From the NCBI GenBank assembly GCA_040389905.1, contig JAZJZK010000023.1:189250-253249 (forward strand): a stretch of DNA of 64,000 nt, given 5' to 3'. This stretch comes from Gemmatimonadota bacterium (GTDB lineage: Bacteria > Gemmatimonadota > Gemmatimonadetes > Gemmatimonadales > Gemmatimonadaceae). The notes under the pieces were generated by a model. It was not told the DNA's origin, did no database searches, and was given only the letters and a program-made list of their open reading frames with translations. Both the position numbers and the translations under genes were made by a program. This document shows, in pieces, positions 7,608-17,104 of the stretch (within the stretch, counting starts at the first letter, position 1; every line of letters starts with the position of its first letter).

Positions 7608-9374
7608 ATGACTGACCCCAATCGCACATCGCGCCTCGGCCGCAGCGCAATCCTGCTGCTCGCCGTGGCAATGTTGTCTGCCACCGCCGGCGCGCAAGAG
7701 CCTGCGCGTTCCGTTCAACTGAAGGCCCCCACTGGGAAGAGCACGAAGGGGCCACTCCCCCTCAAGTACGTGGGTCCGAAAACGGTTCCCGCCATCACGG
7801 CCGGCGACCTGATGACGCGTCTCTACAAGTTCGCGGATGATTCCATGATGGGCCGCGCCGCCGGTACGCCATGGAACGACATCGGCACCGCGTACATCGC
7901 GTCCGAGTTCAAGCGACTCGGCCTCAAGCCGGCGGGGGATAGCGGTACCTATTTCCAGCATCCGCTCGTCCGTCGCGAAATCGCCGAGGGTTCGGTTCGT
8001 ATCGGCGACCGCGTGCTCGAAGCGTGGAAGGATTTTGCCCCGCGCGATCAGGGCTCCGGCGCGAAGGAGTTCGATGGTGCACTCACCATTTTCGGCGGCG
8101 TTGTCGGTGATACGAGTACCTACCTGCCGGCGGATGCGGTTGCGGGCAAGGTCGTGGTGCTCCGCCTGCCCGAGGTGATGAAGAACAACCCGAACGCCCT
8201 GAACATCAACCGCGTCGCCGTGTCGCGTCGCTACAGTCCAGCCTCGGCGATCGTCGTCGCGCTGCCGGTTGGCATGAACCCGGCCACGCTGCGCACCGGT
8301 GGGGTCACGATGAAGACGGAAGACGTCGCGGCACCGACGCCATCGTGGGCCTACTTCACGCCAGCCGACATCAACGCGCTCCTTGGCGCGAATGCCGATT
8401 CCGTCCAGGCCGGTTTTACCGGCTTGGCGCTCCGAGGAAAGATCAAATTCGTCAGCAACCCAGCGCCGGGCCGCAACGTCGTCGCCATCCTGCCGGGATC
8501 TGATCCCAAGCTCAAGGGGGAGTTCGTCGCGATCGGTGCACACAACGATCACGTCGGCTTCAACAACCGGCCTGTCGATCACGATTCGGTAAAGGCCGTG
8601 ATGATGCACGCGGCACCGCAGGGTGCGGACAGCCCGCCCGCGAGGCCTACAGAACAGCAATGGGCGGCCATTCGGGTCACCATCGATTCGCTTCGCAAGC
8701 TGCATCCGTCACGCGTCGATTCCATCTACAATGGCGCGGATGACGACGGTTCGGGTTCGATGACGCTCGTTGAAATTGCCGAGGCGCTCGCGGGGCAGAA
8801 GGTTGCGCCGAAACGGTCGATTCTGTTCGTGTCACACGTGGCTGAGGAACTCGGGTTGTTCGGGGCGCGCTTCTTCAACGATCATCCGACCGTCGCGCGC
8901 GATTCGGTCGTGGCGCAGTTGAACATCGACATGGTCGGCCGGGGTGGCGCGAACGACGTAACGGGTGAGGGGCTCAGCGGCGACCTGCTCAAGGGTGGGC
9001 CTGGCTACCTCCAGCTCATCGGTAGCCGTCGTCTCTCGACCGAGCTCGGTGACCTCGTCGAGTCCGTGAACAAGACGAAGAAGCTTGGCATCAACTTCGA
9101 CTATGCGCTCGACGCGAACGGCCATCCGCAGAACATCTATTGCCGCAGCGATCACTACGAGTATGCGCGGAACGGCATCCCGATCACCTTCTTCACGACG
9201 GGCGGTCACGCCGACTACCATCAGGTGACGGATGAGCCGCAGTACATCAACTATGACGGGATGGCGAAGATTGCGACGTTGATCTACGAGACGGCGAAAA
9301 CCGTCGCCGGGCTCGATCATCGCGTGGTCGTCGACAAGCCGAAGCCAGATCCGAACGGGACGTGTAAGCAGTAG
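7608..9374 (+). CDS. Secreted M28 family zinc peptidase
   Basis: Signal peptide; GAHNDH, NGADDDGSG, AEELGLFG, LNIDMVGR, RSDHY and DYHQVTD motifs. Confidence 0.92.
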   Translation: MTDPNRTSRLGRSAILLLAVAMLSATAGAQEPARSVQLKAPTGKSTKGPLPLKYVGPKTVPAITAGDLMTRLYKFADDSMMGRAAGTPWNDIGTAYIASEFKRLGLKPAGDSGTYFQHPLVRREIAEGSVRIGDRVLEAWKDFAPRDQGSGAKEFDGALTIFGGVVGDTSTYLPADAVAGKVVVLRLPEVMKNNPNALNINRVAVSRRYSPASAIVVALPVGMNPATLRTGGVTMKTEDVAAPTPSWAYFTPADINALLGANADSVQAGFTGLALRGKIKFVSNPAPGRNVVAILPGSDPKLKGEFVAIGAHNDHVGFNNRPVDHDSVKAVMMHAAPQGADSPPARPTEQQWAAIRVTIDSLRKLHPSRVDSIYNGADDDGSGSMTLVEIAEALAGQKVAPKRSILFVSHVAEELGLFGARFFNDHPTVARDSVVAQLNIDMVGRGGANDVTGEGLSGDLLKGGPGYLQLIGSRRLSTELGDLVESVNKTKKLGINFDYALDANGHPQNIYCRSDHYEYARNGIPITFFTTGGHADYHQVTDEPQYINYDGMAKIATLIYETAKTVAGLDHRVVVDKPKPDPNGTCKQ

Positions 9375-9417
9375 GGAACCAGCCGGCTACTTCTGCGCCG
9401 CCCGCCCCTGACCGAGC

Positions 9418-10377
9418 GTGAACGTTTTGCGAGCCAACACTCCTTCGTCGAACGAATCCGTCATCGATTGGCTGCTCGACAGTGATCCGTCGATCCGCTG
9501 GCACGTCATGCGCGATCTTACCGACACTCCCACTCGAGTGGTCGCGGCGGAGCGGTCGCGTGTGGCGTTGGAAGGATGGGGCCGGCGGCTCGTCGATCAA
9601 CAACGCAGAAATGGCCAATGGGGAGACGGCGTTACGGTGCCCTTCTGGTGGTCGAACCTCTACACGCTCGTGTTCTTGCGCGACGTAGGGATCGACCCAA
9701 CGAGTGCAACGGCGCGCGGCGTCATCGATCGCGTTCGCCGGAACGTCACGTGGGGACCAGAGTTCGGACACTCACCGTTCTTCGAAGGTGAAGTCGAGCC
9801 GTGTATCAACGGCCGTGTCGTCGCGCTCGGCGCGTACTTCGGCGAGCGCAGTGACCGTCTCGTGGATCGACTCCTGGGCGAACAGCTCACCGATGGCGGC
9901 TGGAACTGCGAGGCGGAGCGCGGCTCGGTGCGCTCGTCGTTTCACACTACGATTTGTGTGCTCGAAGGATTGCTCGCGTACGAACAGGCGTTCGGCGCAT
10001 CGTCTGCTGTGACGGGCGCCCGGGTCAAGGCGCACGAGTATCTCCTCGAGCGTCGCTTGCTCAGGCGGATGTCCACCGGAGCACTCATCCAACCGGCGTG
10101 GAAGGAACTCGCCTTTCCGCCGCTCTGGCACTATGACGTGCTGCGTGCACTCGACTATTTGCGTGACGCGAACGTGGAGCCGGATGCACGCGTCGACGAG
10201 GCCGTCGCGACCCTGCGGGAGCGACGTCAGGAAGACGGGCGTTGGGTGCTCGACGTGCAGCATCGCAACACGCTCCACGAGGAGTTCGCTGGGCGCGTTG
10301 GCGCGCCGAATCGATGGATCACGTTCCGCGCGCTGCGAGTGCTGGCCTGGTACGCTCGGGGGAATAGCGACAGGTAA
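9418..10377 (+). CDS. Prenyltransferase/squalene-cyclase-repeat-like hypothetical protein
   Basis: QW-type repeats (QRRNGQW, QLTDGGWNC, RQEDGRW), DWLLDSDPSIRW, WHYDVLRALDY. Confidence 0.7.
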   Translation: MNVLRANTPSSNESVIDWLLDSDPSIRWHVMRDLTDTPTRVVAAERSRVALEGWGRRLVDQQRRNGQWGDGVTVPFWWSNLYTLVFLRDVGIDPTSATARGVIDRVRRNVTWGPEFGHSPFFEGEVEPCINGRVVALGAYFGERSDRLVDRLLGEQLTDGGWNCEAERGSVRSSFHTTICVLEGLLAYEQAFGASSAVTGARVKAHEYLLERRLLRRMSTGALIQPAWKELAFPPLWHYDVLRALDYLRDANVEPDARVDEAVATLRERRQEDGRWVLDVQHRNTLHEEFAGRVGAPNRWITFRALRVLAWYARGNSDR

Positions 10378-10383
10378 GAACGC

Positions 10384-10504
10384 AGGGAACGGCGATCATG
10401 TCGTCCCTGTGCCAGCCCAAGGCTCCGTGAATGATCAGTAATGCGATGAGGACGAACACAGCCGAGACGATGATCGGGATCCAGAGGGCGGAAAGTCCAA
10501 CCAT
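10384..10504 (-). pseudogene. Truncated 5' fragment of a membrane-protein gene
   Basis: GGAGG RBS, then MVGLSALWIPIIVSAVFVLIALLIIHGALGWHRDD; protein-like sequence is lost where it meets the convergent gene end at 10377. Confidence 0.6.
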
Positions 10505-10550
10505 GAGAACGGCCTCCAAGAATGGTGGGAAGGGAGCGGTCACCGGTCGG

Positions 10551-11453
10551 TCAACGGCCCAGCTTCGCCCTCAAGAACCCGACCGTCTTCGGCCATGCCT
10601 GAGCGGCCGCGGCCGCGTTCGCGGGCGAGCCATCCTGGCCGCGAAGAAAGCCGTGTCCCGCGCCGTCGAATATCTGGTACTCATACGACTTGCCGAGCCG
10701 CTTCATCGTTGAGTCGGTCGCAGGTACCGTGGACGTGATGCGCGCATCACTGCCGCCGTACAAGCCGAGAACCGGTGCCTTGATTGCCGCTATTTGCTCC
10801 GCCGTCGGAGGGGAGCCGTAATACACGACGGACGCGCCGAGCGACGGAGCATGCGTCGCGTGGAGGAACGACCGTCCACCACCCCAACAGAAGCCGATGA
10901 TGCCGTACTTCGGCTGTGCGGACGGCAGTGCCATCGCGTAGTTGGCAACGGCGTCGATCGCGCGATTCGCGATCTCCGGTGTGACCCGACCGATCGCGGC
11001 GCGGCCGGCGTCAGCCGCGGGATCTGCCTTGAGGTCTCCCGTGCGGAACATCGTCGTGAGGTCGGGCGCAATGCCGATGAAGCCATCCGCGGCCAGTTGA
11101 TCTGCCACGGAACGCGTCCAGGTATTGATGCCGGTGTTTTCATGAATGGCGATCACCACCGGCGCCTTGTCGCTCCGCTGCGGATAGACGACCCACGCCA
11201 TCACGCTGTCGGTAGCGCCGACTTTGATCGCAACCCACTCCGCGTGGCGCGGCGACTTCGCGATGCGCTCGGCGGCTGTGGTCCCTGAGGCCGGAATCGT
11301 ATCGGATAACGGGATATGTACCGAAGACACGGCATGAGCAGGCGTGTCATGGTTGGCATGCTCGTCGAACGCCGCGACGGGGCGGACATTGCCGGCAGCG
11401 TAGCCAATGGCGCCTGCGACGACGGCGGCCGAGATTCCGAGGACAGCGCGCAT
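10551..11453 (-). CDS. Exported dienelactone hydrolase family protein
   Basis: IHENTG, GFCWGG nucleophile, D in GSDARI, GAGHGF; N-terminal signal. Confidence 0.9.
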   Translation of the reverse strand: MRAVLGISAAVVAGAIGYAAGNVRPVAAFDEHANHDTPAHAVSSVHIPLSDTIPASGTTAAERIAKSPRHAEWVAIKVGATDSVMAWVVYPQRSDKAPVVIAIHENTGINTWTRSVADQLAADGFIGIAPDLTTMFRTGDLKADPAADAGRAAIGRVTPEIANRAIDAVANYAMALPSAQPKYGIIGFCWGGGRSFLHATHAPSLGASVVYYGSPPTAEQIAAIKAPVLGLYGGSDARITSTVPATDSTMKRLGKSYEYQIFDGAGHGFLRGQDGSPANAAAAAQAWPKTVGFLRAKLGR

Positions 11454-11551
11454 TTCCTACTCCTTGTTCTGGGTTGCCAATCAACAGGCGTGCGTGATTG
11501 CTTACGCGGGAGGCGACATGAACGATGCGCGAGAGACGCAGAGAAACCAAT

Positions 11552-11878
11552 ATGACAGCTGCTGATTTCCGCCGCGCGGTACTCAACTTCCCGGAAGTCA
11601 TCGAGGGCTCGCACATGGGTCACGCAGACTTTCGCGTCGGCGGCAAGATCATCGCGACACTGGGCTATCCCAATGCACGATGTGCCGTTGTGATGCTGCC
11701 TCCGCACGACCAGGACCTCCTGGTGCGAGACCATCCGCAGGCGTTCACGCCGGCGGCGGGGAAATGGGGCGCGTCCGGAAGCACGAACATTCTGCTCGAT
11801 GCAGCGAGCGTGGAGACGGTTACCATGGCACTCGAGGCGGCGTGGCGAAAGCGGGCGCCGAAGCGACTCGTCAGATGA
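11552..11878 (+). CDS. MmcQ/YjbR family protein
   Basis: EGSHMGHADFRVGGKIIATL, GKWGASG, EAAWRKRAPKRL. Confidence 0.8.
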   Translation: MTAADFRRAVLNFPEVIEGSHMGHADFRVGGKIIATLGYPNARCAVVMLPPHDQDLLVRDHPQAFTPAAGKWGASGSTNILLDAASVETVTMALEAAWRKRAPKRLVR

Positions 11879-12279
11879 AACAATCGATCGTCCACGTCGC
11901 GCTGGTCGTACGAGATTACGACGAAGCGATTCAGTTCTATTGCGAGAAGCTCGGCTTCACGGTAATCGAGGACACCTATCAACCGTTGCAAGACAAACGC
12001 TGGGTGTTGATTGCGCCTCCAGGGTCTGGTGGAACGGCCCTGTTACTCGCCAGGGCGTCGACTGCGGAGCAGGAGACGTTCATCGGGAACCAGGCGGGAG
12101 GACGCGTTTTTCTCTTTCTCGCCACCGATGATTTCTGGCGCGACTACGATCGGATGGTCTCGCTTGGTGTGACGTTCGTCAGGCCACCGAAGGTTGAGTC
12201 GTACGGCACGGTTGCAGTTTTTGAGGACCTCTACGGCACGCGATGGGATTTGCTGGAGTGGAGCCGGCCGCAGGCCTGA
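11875..12279 (+). CDS. VOC/glyoxalase family protein
   Basis: HVALVVRDYDEAIQFY, YGTVAVFEDLYGTRWDL; ATGA overlap. Confidence 0.88.
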   Translation: MKQSIVHVALVVRDYDEAIQFYCEKLGFTVIEDTYQPLQDKRWVLIAPPGSGGTALLLARASTAEQETFIGNQAGGRVFLFLATDDFWRDYDRMVSLGVTFVRPPKVESYGTVAVFEDLYGTRWDLLEWSRPQA

Positions 12280-12370
12280 GCGCTGCCGCGAGCGCGTGAG
12301 GTCTCCTGCGCCATTGACGAGGCAACCACGCAAACGCACAATCAGAGTCAACTCTCGCACGGAGGATCCT

Positions 12371-12814
12371 ATGCGCATGCTTCACGATCCCGCCATTCGC
12401 AGTTCTCTCGAAGAGCGCCTCAAGGCACTGAGCCCGGACGCGCCGCGTAAGTGGGGAAGCATGACGCCGGACCAGATGCTCTGGCACCTGAACCAGTTTC
12501 TCGAATTCGCGCTCGGCAAAGGTGAGCGGCGCGAGGGGAAACGGCCGCCGATTCCGCTGCCGATCATGCGCTTCCTCCTGCTCAACATGCCATGGCCGAA
12601 GAGCGCACCGACGCATCCCGGCGCACTGGCGAAGGATCGATACGATTTCGCCGCGGAGCGCGAACGTTGCCTGGCATTGATCGACAGCTTCGTGAGGCGT
12701 CCGCTCGATGGACCATGGCCGGTCGACGCGGCGTTTGGCGAGGTGACGGGACTCTTCACGAGCAGGCTTCAGGCAAAGCACCTCGACCATCACCTTCGGC
12801 AATTCAACGCATAG
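12371..12814 (+). CDS. DinB-like / DUF1569 protein
   Basis: WGSMTPDQMLWHL and KHLDHHLRQF; GGAGG RBS. Confidence 0.82.
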   Translation: MRMLHDPAIRSSLEERLKALSPDAPRKWGSMTPDQMLWHLNQFLEFALGKGERREGKRPPIPLPIMRFLLLNMPWPKSAPTHPGALAKDRYDFAAERERCLALIDSFVRRPLDGPWPVDAAFGEVTGLFTSRLQAKHLDHHLRQFNA

Positions 12815-12867
12815 CGGGATGGTTCTGAAGGCTGTGACGCGGAACAGCATCGTCGAGTCGAATCAAG

Positions 12868-13275
12868 ATGACCCATGGGATGCCGATGATTCGTCGAATG
12901 TCCGTGTTGGCTGTGTCGTGCGCGATGATCGGATGCTCCGTCACGACGACAGAGCGCGTGGTGGACGTGCCGTCCGCCGAAACGTTCGCGGGGACGTGGC
13001 GCTCGGTGACGCCGTCGCTCGAATTCATTCAACTGTCCGTCTCGCCGAAATCCAGCGAGATGGGCGTCTTGGCAGCGCGCCTGACCTTCTCCGGCGTGGC
13101 GTGGGAGGGCGCCGGGCGGATCGACGGAGATTCGCTGGTTGCCGGGATGTCGATCTCTGGCGTTGTGGCATCGAGCGGTGTGATGGTCGCACGCGCTCGC
13201 GATGCGCAAACGTTGGTCCTCCAACTGCGCCCGTCGACTGCTGCTGCCCTCGACTTGACCCTCGTTCGGCAATAG
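12868..13275 (+). CDS. Hypothetical lipoprotein
   Basis: Basic/hydrophobic leader with MIGC lipobox-like motif; beta-rich body (FAGTW); start uncertain (12868-12886). Confidence 0.6.
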   Translation: MTHGMPMIRRMSVLAVSCAMIGCSVTTTERVVDVPSAETFAGTWRSVTPSLEFIQLSVSPKSSEMGVLAARLTFSGVAWEGAGRIDGDSLVAGMSISGVVASSGVMVARARDAQTLVLQLRPSTAAALDLTLVRQ

Positions 13276-13356
13276 AGCAGGCCCCGCGCAGGGGAGAACG
13301 CCGAGCGTGTGTCTGATTCGTGACACTTCACCTTCAACGAATCGGTTTTACGACAC

Positions 13357-14199
13357 ATGCTGCTCCTCGATCCTCGCCACGCACACGATGACGACCATGA
13401 CGATCACGGGGGACTCCACCGTGACCTGCACCAAACCGGCGCGGCCATGGATCGCCGCAGCATGCTTCGGATTGCGGCACGATTCGGCGCGGCACTGAGC
13501 GCGATACAGGTCATCGGATGCGGAGGCGCCGAGACGGTGCTTGGCACCGATGCAACTGCCACGGTCAGCTCGACGTGTCCTACTCGCGTACCTTCAGAAA
13601 CCGAGGGCCCGTACCCGGGCGACGGCTCCAATGGGCCGAACGTACTGAGTTCCACGGGAATCGTGCGGAGCGACATCCGGACGAGCTTCGCGGGGCTGTC
13701 GGGAACGGCGACCGGCGTTCCACTGAACATCCGCCTCACGCTCGTCTCGGCATCGACGTGCGCGCCGCTCGCCGGATATGCCGTGTATCTCTGGCATTGC
13801 GATCGCGCAGGCAATTACTCGCTCTATTCGAGCGGCTTCACCAACCAGAACTATCTCCGTGGCGTCCAGGCTGCCGATTCGAATGGCGTCGTGACGTTCC
13901 AGTCGATCTATCCCGGCTGCTACTCCGGTCGCTGGCCGCATATCCACTTCGAAGTGTACCGGAGCCTCGCGCAGGCGACAGCGGTGTCGAACAAGATCGC
14001 CACATCGCAGATCGCGCTGCCGTTGACGGCGAACACACTCGTCTACGCAGCGTCGGGGTATGAGGCGAGCGTCACGAATCAGTCGCGAATCACGCTGGCA
14101 TCGGACAATGTGTTCAGCGACGGCGCATCGTTGGAGTTGGCGACGATCACTGGCGATGTAAGCAGTGGGATGACTGCGGCGTTGACGGTGGGAATCTGA
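13357..14199 (+). CDS. Intradiol ring-cleavage dioxygenase-like protein with His/Asp-rich leader and Tat motif
   Basis: ETEGPYP, WHCDRAGNYS, LRGVQ, PGCYSGRWPHIH; DRRSML twin-arginine. Confidence 0.88.
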   Translation: MLLLDPRHAHDDDHDDHGGLHRDLHQTGAAMDRRSMLRIAARFGAALSAIQVIGCGGAETVLGTDATATVSSTCPTRVPSETEGPYPGDGSNGPNVLSSTGIVRSDIRTSFAGLSGTATGVPLNIRLTLVSASTCAPLAGYAVYLWHCDRAGNYSLYSSGFTNQNYLRGVQAADSNGVVTFQSIYPGCYSGRWPHIHFEVYRSLAQATAVSNKIATSQIALPLTANTLVYAASGYEASVTNQSRITLASDNVFSDGASLELATITGDVSSGMTAALTVGI

Positions 14200-14274
14200 G
14201 GACCATTGCTGATTGATTCGTATTGTTTCCGGCGCATCCGTGTAGTCCGTTCCTGGAGCCGGGTATCGGCACGC

Positions 14275-15105
14275 TTACTTCGTCCAGGCCGGAAACGCCG
14301 CCAGCTTCGACGCATCGCGCGCATCGTGCTGGATGACCACCGTCGCCTTCATGTTCGCGGCGATCTTCTTGAAGCGATCCAGCGATGCGAGCGTGGCCGC
14401 GCGATCTGTGTTGAAGGTCGGCACGCCACCCGCGTCGTAGTTCTCGTGAAAGTGCGCGAGGTCGCCAGTGATCAGCACATTCCCACTGTCCTTCAACTTG
14501 ACGAGCAGGCTGTGATGACCGGGCGTATGTCCCGGCGTGTTCAGCATGATGACCGTACCGTCGCCAAACACGTCCTTGTCACCAGCGAGCGGTTCGACCT
14601 TTCCACCACCGCTGATCCAGCTAGCGAATGGCGCGGGGTTCGCAACGCCGGCTGACTTGGGATCGTTCAGCAGGTCCCAGTCTCCCTTTCCAATCAGAAG
14701 CGTCGACTGCGGGAGCGTGCTCACCTGTCCGACGTGATCGCCGTGATAGTGGCTGATCCCGACGAACTTGACCTGCGCCGGCGTGATCTTCGACTGCGCC
14801 AATAAGTCGACGATGCTGGTTTTGGGAGCAGTGGCCGTCGTGCCGGCGGGGTTGCCGGTATCCCACACCATGTAGTCGTCGCCATGCTTGATGACATAGC
14901 AGCTGAACGTCAGCTGAACTTTCAACCCGCTGTACGCATACGTGTCGGAGAACCGAAGCCCGACATCGGTCGGCGCGGCGTTCGTGCCGCACTCCATTCG
15001 CGCGATCGAGACCGCTGCAGGTGTCGGCATTTGTGCCGCCGCCGAGTTCGTGGCGCTGGAAACGACGCAAACAACAAGAGCGACGGTGATGAGGATGCGT
15101 TTCAT
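14275..15105 (-). CDS. Secreted N-acyl homoserine lactonase family MBL hydrolase
   Basis: SHYHGDHVG, DVFGDG, TPGHTPGH, GDLAH, QHD; signal peptide MKRILIT...; overlaps the OPT stop. Confidence 0.82.
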   Translation of the reverse strand: MKRILITVALVVCVVSSATNSAAAQMPTPAAVSIARMECGTNAAPTDVGLRFSDTYAYSGLKVQLTFSCYVIKHGDDYMVWDTGNPAGTTATAPKTSIVDLLAQSKITPAQVKFVGISHYHGDHVGQVSTLPQSTLLIGKGDWDLLNDPKSAGVANPAPFASWISGGGKVEPLAGDKDVFGDGTVIMLNTPGHTPGHHSLLVKLKDSGNVLITGDLAHFHENYDAGGVPTFNTDRAATLASLDRFKKIAANMKATVVIQHDARDASKLAAFPAWTK

Positions 15106-17057
15106 CGCGCCACCGATGACCGACGCAGCATCCAACCGTACAGCCAAAATATCGCTCCCGCAAAACCAAACAAACCGAGCCATCGCGCCAACACGAAATC
15201 CTCGGCGACGAGTCCGATGGGCGCGTCCTTGGCAAATGCGACAATGAGTCCGGCGTTGAGCACACCCCACAGACTCTCGCCGACGATCAAGCCAGACGCC
15301 ACCAGCGTGCCCAGTCGCTCGGCGCGCTCGGGATTGGGTGTCATGCGTGCCCGTTTGTCGTACCAGGTCGAGAGCAACGCGCCGATGACCACCGCGAACG
15401 TTGCCGACATTGGCAGATAGATGCCGATGCCCACCGCCATCGGGGGAATGCGCAGCTTCTTCAACGCGCCGAGCGTGGTGTCGAGCAGAATGAGGCCGAC
15501 GCCGACGAGCGCGCCGATGCCGATCATCTTCCATTCGAGGCTTCCGCCAATCACACCCTGCGCAAGGGCGGAGATGAGCGTCGCCTGTGGAGCCGGGAGC
15601 GGATTCGGCGCGAGGACGCCGACATTCGGCGCGCCCGCGAATCCGTAGGCCTTGGCGAGCAGGTTGAGCACCGGGGGAATGACCGCAGCACCGGCGACGA
15701 CGCCGACGATGAGCGCGATCTGTTGCCGCATCGGCGAGGCGCCGACCAACTGGCCGGTCTTCAGGTCCTGAAGGTTGTCGTTGGAGATCGTCGCGCAGGC
15801 AAACACGATCGCGGTGACGAAGAGTGCAAAGGCGACCAGTGCCGGCCGCGTCTCCGGCGTCGGCGCCACGGCGACGATGATCGTCGATGCGCAGATGACG
15901 ATGGACAGAATGCCGACGCCCGAGATCGGGCTGTTCGAGGCGCCGATGAGCCCCGCCATGTAGCCGCAGATGCCGGCAATGAGAAAGCCGACCAGGAGCA
16001 CGAATGGAACGGCGATCAGCGTCAGTGTCAGTGCGCTGGAGGCCAGCGCCGTCGTCGATTGCGCGAAGGTGAATGCGAGCCACGCGGTGATGATGAGGCA
16101 GACCGCGGTGAGCGCGTAAATCCACATGGGGGAGAGATCCCGATCGGTATCATCACTCGTCGCCACCGCGCGAGATGCGGCAAGCGTGCTCACGAGTCCA
16201 CCGAGGACTGGCTTGGCGAGCTTGGCGAGGGTGTAGATCGAGGCGACGGCAATGGCACCGGCGCCGATGAAGCGGACCTGCGTGCGCCAGATCCCCATGG
16301 TGTGCGCCGTGAGTGTCACACCGTCGGCGATTGGCTGCATCGACGTGAGAATCGGGACCGCGACCGCCCACGCGATAATGAGTCCGGTCAGCATCGCCAT
16401 GCCGACTGAGAGGCCAACGAGATGCCCCGCGCCCAGCAACGCGAGCGACCAAGCGATCTGATACCCGCTGGAGGACGCTCCGCCAACCCGGAAGACGCCG
16501 GCGATTTCCACTGCGGCGACGCGTGTCGCACCGATGATGGCCAACCCGGCCGACGCGAGCGTGCCGTAGATGACGGCGACGAGACCTTCTCTCGCTTCAC
16601 CCGTGTCGTCGGCGGCATCACCGCGCACGCCGGAGCCGACCTTGAGCACCTCGGCGGCGGCGACGCCTTCCGGATAGGGCAGGTCGGAGTTCGTAACGAG
16701 CGCGCGCCTGAGTGGGATCGTGAACAGCACGCCGAGCACACCGCCGCTGACACAGATCAGAAACGATTGCCAGAACGGAAATCCTGTCCACCAGCCGACG
16801 ATCAGCAACCCGGGCAACACGAAGATGATCGCCGAGAGTGTGCCGGCCGCCGATGCGACGGTCTGCACGATGTTGTTCTCGAGGATCGAGGAGTTCTTCA
16901 CGGCGCTCAAGATCGCCATGGAGATCACCGCCGCGGGGATCGACGACGCGAAGGTGAGACCGACCTTGAGGCCGAGGTAGACGTTCGCGGCCGTGAACAC
17001 CGTCGTGAGCAGCGCACCGAGAATCAGGCCGCGCAGCGTGAGCTCTTTGGGTTTCAT
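15102..17057 (-). CDS. OPT family oligopeptide transporter
   Basis: ELTLRG, ANVYLGLKVGLTFASSIPAAV, ENNIVQT, LPYPEG, NDNLQDLKTG, APQATL. Confidence 0.93.
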   Translation of the reverse strand: MKPKELTLRGLILGALLTTVFTAANVYLGLKVGLTFASSIPAAVISMAILSAVKNSSILENNIVQTVASAAGTLSAIIFVLPGLLIVGWWTGFPFWQSFLICVSGGVLGVLFTIPLRRALVTNSDLPYPEGVAAAEVLKVGSGVRGDAADDTGEAREGLVAVIYGTLASAGLAIIGATRVAAVEIAGVFRVGGASSSGYQIAWSLALLGAGHLVGLSVGMAMLTGLIIAWAVAVPILTSMQPIADGVTLTAHTMGIWRTQVRFIGAGAIAVASIYTLAKLAKPVLGGLVSTLAASRAVATSDDTDRDLSPMWIYALTAVCLIITAWLAFTFAQSTTALASSALTLTLIAVPFVLLVGFLIAGICGYMAGLIGASNSPISGVGILSIVICASTIIVAVAPTPETRPALVAFALFVTAIVFACATISNDNLQDLKTGQLVGASPMRQQIALIVGVVAGAAVIPPVLNLLAKAYGFAGAPNVGVLAPNPLPAPQATLISALAQGVIGGSLEWKMIGIGALVGVGLILLDTTLGALKKLRIPPMAVGIGIYLPMSATFAVVIGALLSTWYDKRARMTPNPERAERLGTLVASGLIVGESLWGVLNAGLIVAFAKDAPIGLVAEDFVLARWLGLFGFAGAIFWLYGWMLRRSSVAR

Positions 17058-17104
17058 GACTCAATAGTACGACGGCGCGGCTGGCTCTGGCGAGGGTGCG
17101 TTTG

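Noticed and set aside
15106..16125. Long N-terminal extension of the lactonase ORF (616 aa)
   Set aside because: Alternative frame inside the OPT gene with Arg-rich shadow composition; the signal peptide starts at 15105
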